A model generated the notes under the pieces. It was not told the DNA's origin. It saw only the letters and a program-made list of their open reading frames with translations, and did not search any database. A DNA stretch of 64,000 bases from Scenedesmus sp. PABB004. Its lineage: Eukaryota. Of this stretch, positions 1-11,562 are shown piece by piece (the stretch's first letter is position 1; each line of letters opens with the position of its first letter). The DNA lies in assembly GCA_014905635.1 (NCBI GenBank), contig JABVCE010000004.1, forward strand, positions 62,001 to 126,000, in the 5' to 3' direction. Made by a program: the position numbers and the translations under genes.

Positions 1-340
1 GGGATGGCGACGCGGGGCCGCGCCGCTCCAAGCGCGCGCGCAGGGGACGCCAGGCCGCGCGTGAGCATGCAGTGTGCGTGGGGGCGTGGCGAGCATCCCT
101 CGGCGCCCGCGGTGGAGCTGCGAAGGTGGCGAGGCAGGTGGTGGAAGCTGCCGAGCGAGTGACAATTGTGGCAGTTTCGTGACCCGCCAGGCCAAAACCA
201 ACGCTCCTGGCTGCGCCAGCCACACACGACGAGCCCGGCACGCCATCTCACGTGCTCGCCGGCCCACACACGCGCACGCGCAGCGCGACCGCGCCCTCAG
301 CAGCAGCTCCGCGCGACCGCGGCGCAGCTCGCGCACTTGC

Positions 341-2239
341 ATGACTGAGACCCGCTTCATCGGCGTGGGCTCCTGCGACGACGCGCAGCAGCCCCTGGAG
401 GCCGCCAGGTGCGCGTTCGACGTGCCAGCGTCGCATCCATCGAGAAGCGCCCGCTCCTCGCCGCGCCGCCGCCCGCGTGCCGCGCCCTCACACGCCCCTC
501 CCTCCCCCCGCACAGGTGCGCCCGCAAGGCCAGCACCGCGAGCATCCTCGACCACGAGCTGAAGGCCTTCTTGCTGGAATCGACCGGTGCGCGCGCCGCG
601 CCCGGAGCAGCCGCCAGCGCCGCGATCGAGCCGGCGCGGCGCCATGCCGCCCGGCGCCGGGGCCCCGCGATGCCGCGCCGCGCCGCTGGCGCATGCTGCT
701 GCTGCCGCTCACCCCGCCGCGCCGCCCGCCCCTCCCGCGCCCGCAGGCCTGCTCGATTCGTTCGAGGAGGACCCCAGCCTCGCGGAGCTGCTGCGCGCCG
801 GCTCCGGCGGCGGCCGCCTGCTTGGCGCGGACGAGCCGCCGCTGCTGGCGCTGCCGGCGGCGTCGTCGCACGCCCAGCAGACGCTGCAGCAGCTGCTGCT
901 GCAGCAGCAGCAGCACCTGGCCGCGCCGCTGTGCTCTGAGAGCGCGACGCGGCTGACGGCGCTCTCGGCGCCGTCGACGCCGCCAGCGAGCGCCGCGGCC
1001 GGCGCGGCGTCCCCGACCGCCTCGCCGCCGCGGGCGCTGGCGCACCGCGCGGTCACGACCGCGATGCCCATGCCGCCCACGACCACGCGCGCCGCCGCGG
1101 CGGCGGCGCGCGGCGACGGCGACGACGACACGAGCTCCGTGGCGACGCTGCCGATGCCGAGCAAGCGGCGCCGCATCGACGACGACGAGGCGACGTCGTC
1201 GCCGCACGACCTGGTCGAGGTGCCCAGCACGGTCGTGACGACCGCGTCGGGCACCGCCGGCACCGCGACCGCGGCGCGCACCGCGTCGGCCGCGGCGGCC
1301 GCCGCCGACGCGGCGCGCGCGCGCGACCAGGGCGGCGGCGCGGGCGGCGTGGCCGCGGCCGAGGCGGGCGTGGTCAAGGCGATCCTGGTGGCCAAGGTGC
1401 TGACCAAGAGCGACGCGAGCAGCAAGCGCGTCATCCTGCCGCGCATCGCGGTCGAGGCCAACCTGCCGCAGCTCGAGCGCGCCCAGGTCTTCACGCTCAC
1501 CGCGACCGACCCGTCCGGCGCGCGCTGGCCGCTCGTGATCAAGGCCTGGGCCAACGGCTCCAACCCCAAGCCCGTGTACGTGCTGGAGCAGGTCGGCGAG
1601 CTGCTCAAGGGCCACCGCCTCGGCGTCGGCGACGCGCTCGCGCTGCTCGCGAGCGAGGACGGCCGCTTCTGGCTCGAGTGGAACACGCCCGCGGCGCGCG
1701 CCGCCGCGGCGCGGCCGACCTACAGCAAGTTCACCTTCAAGCAGCAGCAGGCCACCGCAAAGGCCGCCGCCGCGGCCGGCGCGGCCGCGGGCGACGCGGC
1801 GCCGGCCGGTGGCGCGCCCGCGGCCGCGGCCGCGGCCGCGCCGCGCGGCGGCCGCGCCCGCGGGCGCGGCGGGCCGACGCCGGTGATGACGGCGGTGCCG
1901 GTGAACAGCGCGCCCGCCGTCACGGGCGCGTTCTTCCCCACCAGCCCCTGCCAGCTGCTCGTGCTCGGCGACGCGCGCGCGCCGTCGCTCTGCCTCGACG
2001 ACGACGCGCCGCGCCGCCCGGGGCCCGGCGGCGCCGACGGCGGCCTCGCGGAGCAGGGCAGCGAGGTGCTGCTCGTGTCGGCGCCGGCGGCGGGCGGCGA
2101 GGACGGCGCGCTGCTGCACGCGGGCGGCTTCCTGCTCTGCCCGCGCACGGCGGGCTGCACGCGGCCCGCGGGGCACCAGGGCTGGTGCCTCGGGCACAAG
2201 GGCTACAAGAAGCGCGGCCGCGCCGCGGCGCAGCTGTGA
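341..2239 (+). CDS. B3-domain transcription factor (ABI3/VP1/VAL-like); introns 409-515 and 587-746
   Basis: KVLTKSDASSKRVILPRIAVEANLP...WPLVIKAWANGSNPKPVYVLEQVGELLKGHRLGVGDAL matches the B3 fold pattern. The GT-AG introns keep frame from ATG 341 to TGA 2239. Confidence 0.85.
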
Positions 2240-3065
2240 GCCCGGGCCGCCCTGCGAGAGGGGCGGCGGCGCGGGCGGGGTGGCGAACGAACGACTGGCG
2301 GCCTCCGGCCCTGATTGCATGCGCCGCGGCTGCGTATGGAACGAATCCGACGCTGAAAAAAGGAAAAATGGTCGGGAGTGGTGGTTGCATGCATGTGCAG
2401 CCTGGTTTGCACCCCTTCTTGGTGTGTCTTCTCCTTCTTGATGCTCCACGCAGGGCCGCCTGGCACGCGCCGGCGCCGTGCGCGCGCGCGCCGTGCGCGC
2501 GCTTTGAAGCACTTTGACTCTCGACAAGGACTACGACTATGCCGGTGCCCCCCGCGCCGGCCCGGATGTACACCATCACCAACACTACGCTCCTCGGCGC
2601 GAGGGCATTTCTTGATGTTGACGCGTGCTGCTCGCCGCGCCGCGCACCGCATTTTGTGTGCGTTTTCCAGCAGCGCCGCGTTGGCGCCATGCAGAGCTGC
2701 GACGACTCTGTGCCGTGAAACCATGGCCTCGCGACCCGCCGCTCCTTTCCCGCTCGCCGCCGCGCGACGCGTTGAAGCGCCGCCGCCCGCCCGCCGCGAG
2801 CCGCCCGCCCGCCCGCTCTTGCCAGCGCACAGTCCTCGCGTCCCTGCGCCCACCGCCGCGATCAGCGGGCCCCTCGTGGCAGCAGCCCTGCGCAGCCGCA
2901 GCGCCTCGCGCCCCGCGCCGCCGCTCCTGCAGGCGCCCGCGGGGCGCTCGCCAGGCAGCCGGGGCATCGCGGCCTAGCCCCCCGACAGCACCGCCGCGGG
3001 TGCAGCGGCGCCAGCGCGCGGCGAGCAGCGGCGGCGGAGCAGCGGTTGGGCGCCGCGCCGGCGCG

Positions 3066-5672
3066 ATGGGCAACACCACCAGCGACCTGCAGGCGGCCAC
3101 GGACGATGTGCAGGAGGAGCTGGCCCAGCAGGCGGCGACCGCCGCAGAGGTGGGCGCGCGGGGGCGCCGAGCGCGCGCGCCGCGCGGGGCTATGCATGCG
3201 CCGCGGCCGCCCCCGCGCGCCTGCTGCAGGCGCCGCGGCGCGGCGGCCCCCGCCCAGCCGCCCCGGCCCGCGCGCGCGCGCGCCCGCCGCGCCCGCGCTC
3301 CCGCGTCGCAGGCGGCGCCGGGCGTGAAGCTGTACCAGTTTGTCAAGGCCGGCGCGAGCGGGCGGTGGGAGCTGTGCAGCGGGCACGCGGCGCCGCGCTT
3401 CTACGACGCGCACGAGGACGCGCGCGGGAAGGAGCCCGAGTGGTGGCTCGAGGTCGACGCGGGCGACATCGACGTGCGCGCCGACGACGGCCTCGCCTAC
3501 GTGGCAGACCCCGCGGCGCGGCGCGTCACGTTTGCCGCGGGCGGCGGCCTCTGGGCGCTCAAGTTCCCCGCGGCCGAGGCCTACCGCGCGTTTGTCACAG
3601 AGCTCGAGGCGCGGCGCGCGAGCGCGCGCGGCGCACGAGCGCGCGCGGCGCACGAGCGCGCGGGCGCAGCGCCAACGCGGGCGCCGCGCCGCGCGCCGAC
3701 AGCCCCGCCGCCCCGCCGCGCCCGTTCAGGACGACGTGTTTCAGAACACCTACGGCTTTGGCCGCGACAGCAGCAAGGCGGACAAGGAGCTGGGGGACTT
3801 CAAGAATGTCTTCTTCAACGCAGCCTCCGCCGGCGCGCCCGCGGCGGCAATGGAGGCGCGTGGCCGGCCGCTGACCGCCGCGCGCGCCCGCGCGGCAGGC
3901 GCCGCCGCGCCGCCGCACCCACGCGCGCCGCCGCGCGCAGGTGGACACCACGCCCGACCGCCCCGCGCCCGGCGAGCTGCGCGAGCGCGCGACGCCGGCC
4001 AAGGGCGGCACGCCGATCGAGGCGATGGTCATCGGCGCCAACGCCAACTCCTACCTCCGCCGCGGGGGGACGTTTGACGTCATGCGCAACGTCGAGGCGG
4101 GCGTGGAGGACACGGGTGCGCGCGAGGCGCGCGCGCGCGTGCACACGGCACCACGCCCGTGCCGCGCCCGTGCTGCGCGCCGCACCCCGCGCTGGGCGCC
4201 AACCTCGCGCCGCCGCCGCCCCCGCCGCCGCCGCCGCCGCGGCACAGGGCTGACGTTTTCGTTCACGCCGCTCAAGCGCGGCGGGCCGCCGGGGTCGCCC
4301 GGCACGCCCGGGTTCACGCCGGGCAAGGTGCTGCTGGCCAACGGCGAGCGCAGCATGAACATGCTGAGCCCGGGGCTCGACGCGACCAAGCTCTTCCACG
4401 CGGACGTGGAGTACGCCAAGATCGTGAGCGAGTGGACCTTCCAGAAGGACGCCGTCGACATACCACAGGCGCGCCGCGCGCGCGCGCGCGCGGGGCCCGG
4501 CAGCCCCCGGCGGCGGCGGCGGCGGCGCGCCCGCGCGGCCGCCGCCGCCGCCGCCCCGGCCGCGCCGCCCCCAGGCTCACGCGCGCGCGGCCCGCTGCGC
4601 TGCGGGGCGGGGCGGGCAGGCCGACATCGCGCACGACCACAAGGCGAGCCAGCTGGAGGACGACGCCAACACGCTGCTGGGGCTGGACGCCAACCGGCTC
4701 TGCCGCTGGGACCTGCGCGACCCGCGCGGCGTCGTGCAGGAGGCGGGCGGCGCGAGCCCGATCGTGCAGTGGACGGGCGGCAAGGACTTTGCGCGCGGCA
4801 CCAACTTCAGCTGCATGGCCACGAGCGGCGCGGGGCACGTCGTCGTGGGCAGCCGGGACGGCAAGGTCCGGCTGTACAGCAGCAAGACGCTCACGCAGGC
4901 CAAGACGTCCATCCCGGGCCTGGGCAAGCCCATCACCGCGGTCGACGTCACCTACGACGGCGCCTGGGTGCTCGCGACGACCGACGACTACCTGCTGGTC
5001 GTCAAGACGACCTTCGACGACGACGGTGTGACACGCGCCGCCCGCGCCGCCCGCGCACGCGCGCGCCGGCCCCGCCGCCGACGCCGCCCGCGCCGCCCGC
5101 CCCGACGCGCCCCGCCGCTCCGCGCGCGCGGCAGGCAAGGAGCGCAGCGCGTTCACCGACCGCGGCGGCGGCAAGCTCGCGCTGCCGCGGCTGCTGCGGC
5201 TGAAGCCCGAGGACCGCCTGGTCACGGGCGGGCGGCCGTTCAAGAACGGGCGCTTCACCTGGGTCACCGAGGCCAACAGCCAGGAGCGCTGGGTCGTGGC
5301 CAGCTGCGGGCGGCACACGGTCATCTGGAACTTCCGCAGGCGCGGCGCCCGGGGGGGGGGGGGGGGGGGCTGTGCGCGCCCGCCGCCCCGCCGCCCCGCC
5401 CGCGCCGGCCGCGCGCGCAGCAGCTGGCGACCGCCGGCCACGCCACGCCGCGCCGCGCGCGCTGCAGGGTCAAGGGCGCGGTCACGAGCTCCACGAGCTT
5501 TGGCGGCCTGCCGACGGTGATGGACTACGTCCTGAGCGCCAAGGACGAGGACGTGGTGGACTCAAACTTCATGCACGACCGCTACGCGCCGACCGCGGGC
5601 GGAACGCACAAGGGCGACGCGCTCGTCGTCGCGACGCCGCACAAGGTCTTCACGCTCGCCGGCGAGGACTAA
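3066..5672 (+). CDS. VID27: VID27/CYPRO4-like vacuolar import and degradation protein (WD40-like C-terminus); 8 exons
   Basis: Motifs LLGLDANRLCRWDLRD, FSCMATSGAGHVVVGSRDGKVRLY, AKTSIPGLGKPITAVDVTYDGAWVLATTDDYL and PRLLRLKPED. Donors at 3150 GT, 3609 GC, 3856 GC, 4116 GT, 4469 GC, 5026 GT and 5340 GC give a continuous frame. Confidence 0.9.
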
Positions 5673-6057
5673 GCGCGGTCTGGGACAGAGGGGCGCAGGC
5701 AACGAGCGCGGAGAGGGCCGGCAACTCGCGCCGCGCGCGCCCCGGCCGTGCCCGCGCTGTGCGGCAGCGGCGCGCGCCCGCCGGCGCTCGCCCGCGGCCC
5801 GCCAGCCGCCGCCGCCGCTTTCGACGATGAGCACTGGTCGATCACCGACGCGTGCCGCGCGCGGCTCGTGCGCGTCGGGCGCCCCTGAAACAGCCGACCG
5901 GGCCGCTTCTGCTGCCGCCCCCGTTCAGCCCCGGCCCGCCCCCTCCCGGCGCGCCACTCCCGCCGCGTCTCGCGCGTCCGAGCCCCGTCACCAGCAGCCC
6001 GGCAGCGGCGAAGCGGCCGCACAGGCGCGGAGCGAGTTCGGTTGCGAGGCGGGCGCG

Positions 6058-6690
6058 ATGGACAGCGCCGACGCGGTGCTGAAGCCGCTCAAGGAGTTTG
6101 GCAAGAACAGCGCGCGCCTGGTGAAGCGCTGCACCAAGCCCGACCGCAAGGGTGCGCTCGGGGGCGATGGGGCATCCCGTTGCCGCCCGCCGCGCCGCGC
6201 TCGCGGCCTGCCGCCCCGGCGGGGATGGCCCCGGCGTGCGGCCGGACGGCGGCGCGCCGGGCGCGCGGCCGCGGGGGGTCCCGCGGCGCCGGGCGGGAGC
6301 GGTGGGGGCGCGTGATGGCCCGCCGCTGCTGCTGGCTGCGCCGCCGCCGCGGTCGACCGCCTCGGTGGCTGCCCCGCGCCCCCGGCGCCGCAGAGTTCAA
6401 CAAGATCTGCTCCAAGACGGCCATCGGCTTCATCATGATGGGCTTCATCGGCTTCTTCGTCAAGTTGATATTCATCGTGAGACACCGCGCCGCCACCGGC
6501 GCGCTGCACCGAGGGGCTTGCTGCGCGGCCGCGGGCGCCAGCGCGCCGGCCGGCCGGCGCGGCAGGCGCCGCCCGCCGATCGGCGGCTGCAGGGCGCGCG
6601 CGGCCGCCGCCGCCCACCCGCCCGCCCCGCCCGCCTGCACCCCCGCCCGCCTGCGCGCAGCCCATCAACCAGATCATCGTCGGCGGCTGA
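6058..6690 (+). CDS. SEC61G: Protein transport Sec61 gamma subunit; 3 exons
   Basis: Spliced protein [68 protein letters not shown]. Confidence 0.97.
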
Positions 6691-7453
6691 GCGCGCCGCG
6701 CTCGGCACTCGGACGGGGCCGGCGCCGGGCCGCCGCGGGGCAAGCGGCTGCCGCAGCGAGCAGCTGAGCCCGCGCGGCGGTGTGGCGGCGCGCCTCGCGC
6801 CGCGAGGCTCGCGGCGCGCGGGCGGCGCCGCGGCATGCAGCTGGCGTGCTGCGGCGCGCGCGCGTGTGCGGCCCACGGCGGCTGGGGCGCGCGGTCGATG
6901 CTGGACGGGGGGCTGTTCGGGCTGGATTGGGAACGGGGGAGGCTCGGGCGGAGGCACGCGGCGCGCGCGCGCGCGTGCGCGCAGTGGCGGCGGAACCGCC
7001 TGTGTGACCGCCCGCCGGCGCGGACCGATCGGCAACGCCGCCCCCCGGCAGCCCGCGACGGCCGCCCGCGCGGCGGCCGCACAGCACGGCGCGCCCGCGC
7101 GGCGCGCCGCTGCCGCCGCCGCGCAGTCTGCTGCCGCTCGCAGCCTAAAGCACCACCGCGCCGCATTGTCGGCCTGGAGGCTTGGCTGGCCGCTGGCGCG
7201 TGGGCGCGCGCCCGGCGAGCTGAACGCGCTCGCGCGCACCGACGGCCCGCGACGCTGCCGCCGCCTGAGGGGCGTCTCGGGCGCCGATCTCCGCTCTTGC
7301 GATTGCCCGCTCCGCTCGCGCGCCACGCAGCGAGCGGGGCGGGTTCAGGGTCCACTGGCAGCCGCCTGCTGGCTCGGCTCATCAGCAAAGACGCGCTCTC
7401 GTGACGCCCTCTCTCAGCGAGCGCCTTCCGTCGCCCGGGGGCAACACGCCAAG

Positions 7454-9000
7454 ATGGGGCGCCGTGAGTGGCGCGCCGATGGCGGCGAGGCCGCTGCGGC
7501 CCCGCGGCGCCCAGCTCACCCGCGGCGCCGCCGTCGCAGGTCCGGCACGCTGCTACCGGCAGAGCAAGGGCAAGCCCTACCCCAAGTCGCGCTACTGCCG
7601 CGGCGTGCCCGACCCCAAGATTCGCATCTACGATGTGGGCATGAAGCGCTCCGATGTGGACGCCTTCCCCTACTGTGTGCACCTGGTCAGGTGCGCACGG
7701 CCCCGGGCGGCGAGCACGCGGCCAGCCGGCGGCGGGCGGCGCCGGCGCGGCCGGCGGCGGCCCATCAGCAGCAGCAGCGGCGGCGACGCGGGCGGCGCGC
7801 GCCGCCGCATGCGCCGCCGCTGGCGTGCGTGGGGGCCGGGGGCCCCGAGGGCCGCGCAGGCGGCGCGGTCCTTGCGGCGCGGCGGCGCGCAGCCCATGCG
7901 GCGCGACCGCGCGGCAGCTGCCGCCGCCGCCGGCGGCGCCGCCCCGCGCCGGCCGGCCGCGGCGGGGGCCAGCGCGGCGCGTCGGCGGGCAGCGTGCGGC
8001 GTCGGGGGCAGCGCCCGCGGCAGCGGGACCGGCCCGCGCGCGCGCTCCGAGCAGCAGCGGCGGCCGCTGACCCTCGCGCGCCCGTGCGCGCCGCCCACCC
8101 GCGCGCGCCCGCCGCAGCTGGGAGAAGGAGAACGTGTCGAGCGAGGCGCTCGAGGCGGCGCGCATCGCCGGCAACAAGTACATGACCAAGTACGCCGGCA
8201 AGGAGGCGTTCCACCTGCGCGTGCGCGTGCACCCCTTCCACGTGCTGCGCATCAACAAGATGCTCTCCTGCGCCGGCGCGGATCGGCTGCAGACTGGCAT
8301 GCGCGGCGCGTTCGGCAAGCCCCAGGGCGTGTGCGCGCGCGTGCAGATCGGCCAGATCCTGCTCAGCATCCGCTGCAGGGACCAGCACGCCAACGTGGTG
8401 CGGCGACGCGACGCGCCGCGACGCGCGCGGCGCCGCGCGGCGGGGCGCCGCGCCGCCGGGGCCCGCCGCGGGCGCGCCTGCGCCGCTGCCCCGCGCGCCG
8501 CGCCCGACGCCGCCGCCGCCCCGCGCGCGCGCCGCAGGCGGCCGAGGCCCTGCGCCGCGCCAAGTTCAAGTTCCCCGGCCGCCAGAAGGTCGTGGCGAGC
8601 AGGAACTGGTGCGGCGCCGCCGCGTAGCGCCCGGGGCGCAGGGCGGCGGGGGCGGAGCCGTGCAGCGGCGGCGGCAGCGGCAGCAGCGGGCGGCAGCGGG
8701 CGGCAGCGGGGCAGCTGCAGCGCGCGGGGGAGGGCGCCCCGCGCCGCGCAGTGCCCCGCGCGGCAGCGCAGCGGCCCCCTCGCCGACGCCGCCCCTGCCC
8801 CCCCCCCCCCCGTTCCCCCCAGGGGCTTCACGCCCTACGCGCGTGACGACTACCTGGCGTGGAAGAGGGAGGGCCGCCTCGTCAACTGCGGCGTGCACGC
8901 GCAGCTGCTGGGCTGCCGCGGCGCGCTGGCCGAGCGCGACGCGGCCAACATCTTCCCCACGCCCGCGCGCATCTGCCGCGTGCCCAACCACCCCGAGTAG
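7454..9000 (+). CDS. RPL10: 60S ribosomal protein L10 (uL16); 5 exons
   Basis: MGRRPARCYR...[56 protein letters not shown] and [15 protein letters not shown]. Four GT-AG introns. Confidence 0.97.
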
Positions 9001-9027
9001 GCGCGCCTAGGCGCGCCTAGGCGCGCC
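9000..9027. repeat. Perfect 28-bp palindrome built from a 10-bp tandem repeat (GCGCGCCTAG), directly after the RPL10 stop
   Basis: ggcgcgcctaggcgcgcctaggcgcgcc equals its own reverse complement. Confidence 0.9.
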
Positions 9028-9145
9028 GCGCCACAGGCCGCGGGCGCGACGGCGCCGCGCGCGGCGACGTGCGCGGCGGCGCGCGCCCCCGAGTTGTCGC
9101 CGCGGGCGCACTGGCGGGGCGGCGGCGTGCGGCGCCCGCGCCGCG

Positions 9146-9150
9146 TGTAA
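9146..9150 (+). promoter_or_regulatory. Chlorophyte-type polyadenylation signal TGTAA (RPL10)
   Basis: TGTAA about 145 nt downstream of the stop; the motif is rare in this GC-rich DNA. Confidence 0.7.
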
Positions 9151-9577
9151 CCGTCCGGTCGTGCGTGCTGCGGCTTGGCGCGTGCGGGTGCACACTGCGG
9201 CGCTGGCCGCGCCAGCCAGGCCGGACAGGGCGCCGGCGGTCGCGCCGCTGGCGTTGGCGTTGGCCGGCCGCGCCCATCAGCAACTGCAGTTCCAGCTGGC
9301 TGCCTGCCCCTGATCCCGCTGCCAGCGCTCGCGGCGCGCGAGCGTCGCGTGCCTGCCGGCCCATCCGCCCGTTGCAGCCTGAGGCGCGCGAAGTTACCTA
9401 GGCAGCTGTACATGCGCGGGCCGTGCGTAAAAGGGCTCTGCCAGGGGGGGAGGCACGTGCGTTCGCGGGTCCGACTGGGTTCTTCGTGCGTTTTGCCACA
9501 GCGTGGCGCGCGGTCCGGCGACGGCCCACGGCGCGCATGCTGGCGCGCGTGGGCAGCCGTGCGTGGAGCGGCGAGGC

Positions 9578-10500
9578 TCAGCCCATGAAGGCCGCCAGCG
9601 CGACGGCAGCCCCGAGCGCCAGCGTCTGCGGGGCGGCCGCGCGCGCGGGCGTCGGCGGCCGCCAGCGGGCGGCGCCGGGGGAGAGGCGCGCGCGCCGCGC
9701 CGCGCGCGGCCGGCCCGCCGGCTCACCGCCGCCCTGGCCGCGAGCGCGCCGGCCGCGTTTGTGCAGGTCACCACCATAGCCGTCGCGTTCGCAAAGCACA
9801 CGGCGTCGCTGCTGGACTGGCACTTGAGGCCCTTGGGGCTCTTGAAGATCTTGCTCACCTCGGCGGGGCACTGCGGGCGGCGCGCACGCGCGCGAGCTCG
9901 AGCCGGCGCGCGGCGCGCGGCGCGGCGCCGGGCTCGGCGCCGGCGCCGGCCGGCGCTGCGCTGCTGCGCGCGCCAGGGCTGGTGCTGCGCGCCGGGTGGG
10001 GCTGGCGCGCGCGCAGGCGGGCGGCGCACCTCGACGTCCTTGAACGACACGTCCTTGCCGCAGCTCGGGGGCGGGCAGATGGACGCAAACTGCGCGCGCG
10101 GCGGCCGGGCGGCGACGGTCGGCGCCGGCGCCGCCGCGCCGGCCGCGGCCGCGCCGTGCGCAGCGCCGGCGCCGCGCGGCTCGCCTCGGCGCAGGAGCCC
10201 TTCTTCACGCAGGTGCTCGTGGTCGGGCAGCACGCCTCGTCGTTGTCGCACCCCGTGCCGAGGCCGTAGTTGAACGGCGACGGCAGGCACGAGATGCCGC
10301 TGCGGCAGCGGCACGCGGCGGCGCCGCGGCACCAGTCAGGCGCGGCGGCACCAGCAGCGGCGCCGCTGCGGGTCGCGCGGCCGTGCGCCCGCCCGCACGG
10401 CGGCTTCCGCTCGCCTGCCGGTGCTGTTGCCCGTCAGCTTCTGCCCGGACGTCAATGAGCACCAGGCCAGCGCCACCGCGGCCAAGAGGGCGACGCGCAT
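9578..10500 (-). CDS. Small secreted Cys-rich protein, probably GPI-anchored; 5 exons
   Basis: Signal peptide MRVALLAAVALAWCSLTSG. Cys-rich core SCLPSPFNYGLGTGCDNDEACCPTTSTCVKKGSC...ICPPPSC...CP...KCQSSSDAVC. Hydrophobic C-terminus TLALGAAVALAAFMG*. Two GC and two GT donors. Confidence 0.75.
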
Positions 10501-11114
10501 GCTGCCCCGCGCGGCTCGGCGCTGGCACGCGAAAGGCGGGCCGGTTCGGTTGCGCTACGTGACTCGCGGAGTTCGGGTGCGGTGGCGCAGCGCTCAATTC
10601 GTTCGCGCCTAACTGCCGTGGCTTGAGACGTCGCAGCTGTTGCCCACTGCGCTGCCGGGCGGCAAACCGCGTGCGCCGTCGCACCCTGGCGACACCAGCG
10701 GCCGGCTCTGACAGCGTTCCAGCGGCCGGCGCTGGCGGCGCGATTGCGGCGTCACCCGCGCGCGTGCTGCTCGCGCGCGCCGTGCACACCAGCCGTGTTG
10801 CCGCCGCCCACCCACCGCCCCCTCATTGCCCACGCCCATGCCCACGCCCACCCACTCAAGTTGCTGCCGCCGCACTCAAAGTGGCCGCCGCGTTCAAAAC
10901 CGGGGTGCGCCCCGTGCGCGGCATGGACAGGCGCCCGACAGCAATCCACACGCACGAGCGAGAGGCCACGCAGAAGGCGGCCAGCGGCGCCGATGGGCGC
11001 ACGCTCAGGAGCGCACGCCGCGCACGCCGCGCACGCGCGCGCGCTGCGCGCCGGCTGCGGCAGCGGCAGATGGCCAGCCGCAGCCAGCCGGCGCGCCTCA
11101 CACCACACGCCCCG

Positions 11115-11521
11115 CTACGCCGCGCCGAGGCGCACGATGCGCATGCGGGGCAGCAGCTGCTCCAGCGTCTTGAACTGCCGCGCGCCAGCAGCCTCGTCGG
11201 CCGGCGCCCCGGCCTCGCCGGCGCGCGCCGCCCCCGGCTCGTGCCAGTGCTGGCTGACGACGATGCCCGGCGAGTTGCCGCACGCCGTGGCCACCGCGAC
11301 GGTGCCCGTGGGTGCAAAGGCAGGCTGCTGGCGGCGGGGCTGCTGCTGCTCCCGGTGCTGCGCCTGGTGCTGCTGCAGCGCCTGCTGCTGCTGGTCGCAG
11401 GCCGCCGCCGCCGCGTCGCCGCCGGCAGCCGGCTCGTCCAACGCCCCTGCCGCCGCCGGGCCCGCAGGCGCGTCGCACGCCGCACGCAGCCGACGCAGCT
11501 GCTCCTGTTGTTGTGGATGCG

Positions 11522-11562
<41 letters not shown>

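Noticed and set aside
5351..5369. Long poly-G/poly-C tracts (also ~8799-8811, ~50708-50727, ~59511-59523)
   Set aside because: These are intronic homopolymers common in GC-rich algae, with no evidence of specific function and unreliable lengths.
6058..9000. Absence of GC donors in SEC61G, RPL10 and the MFS as an expression-level effect
   Set aside because: Most of their exons do not end in AG, so the exonic-AG rule explains it, and the sample is too small.
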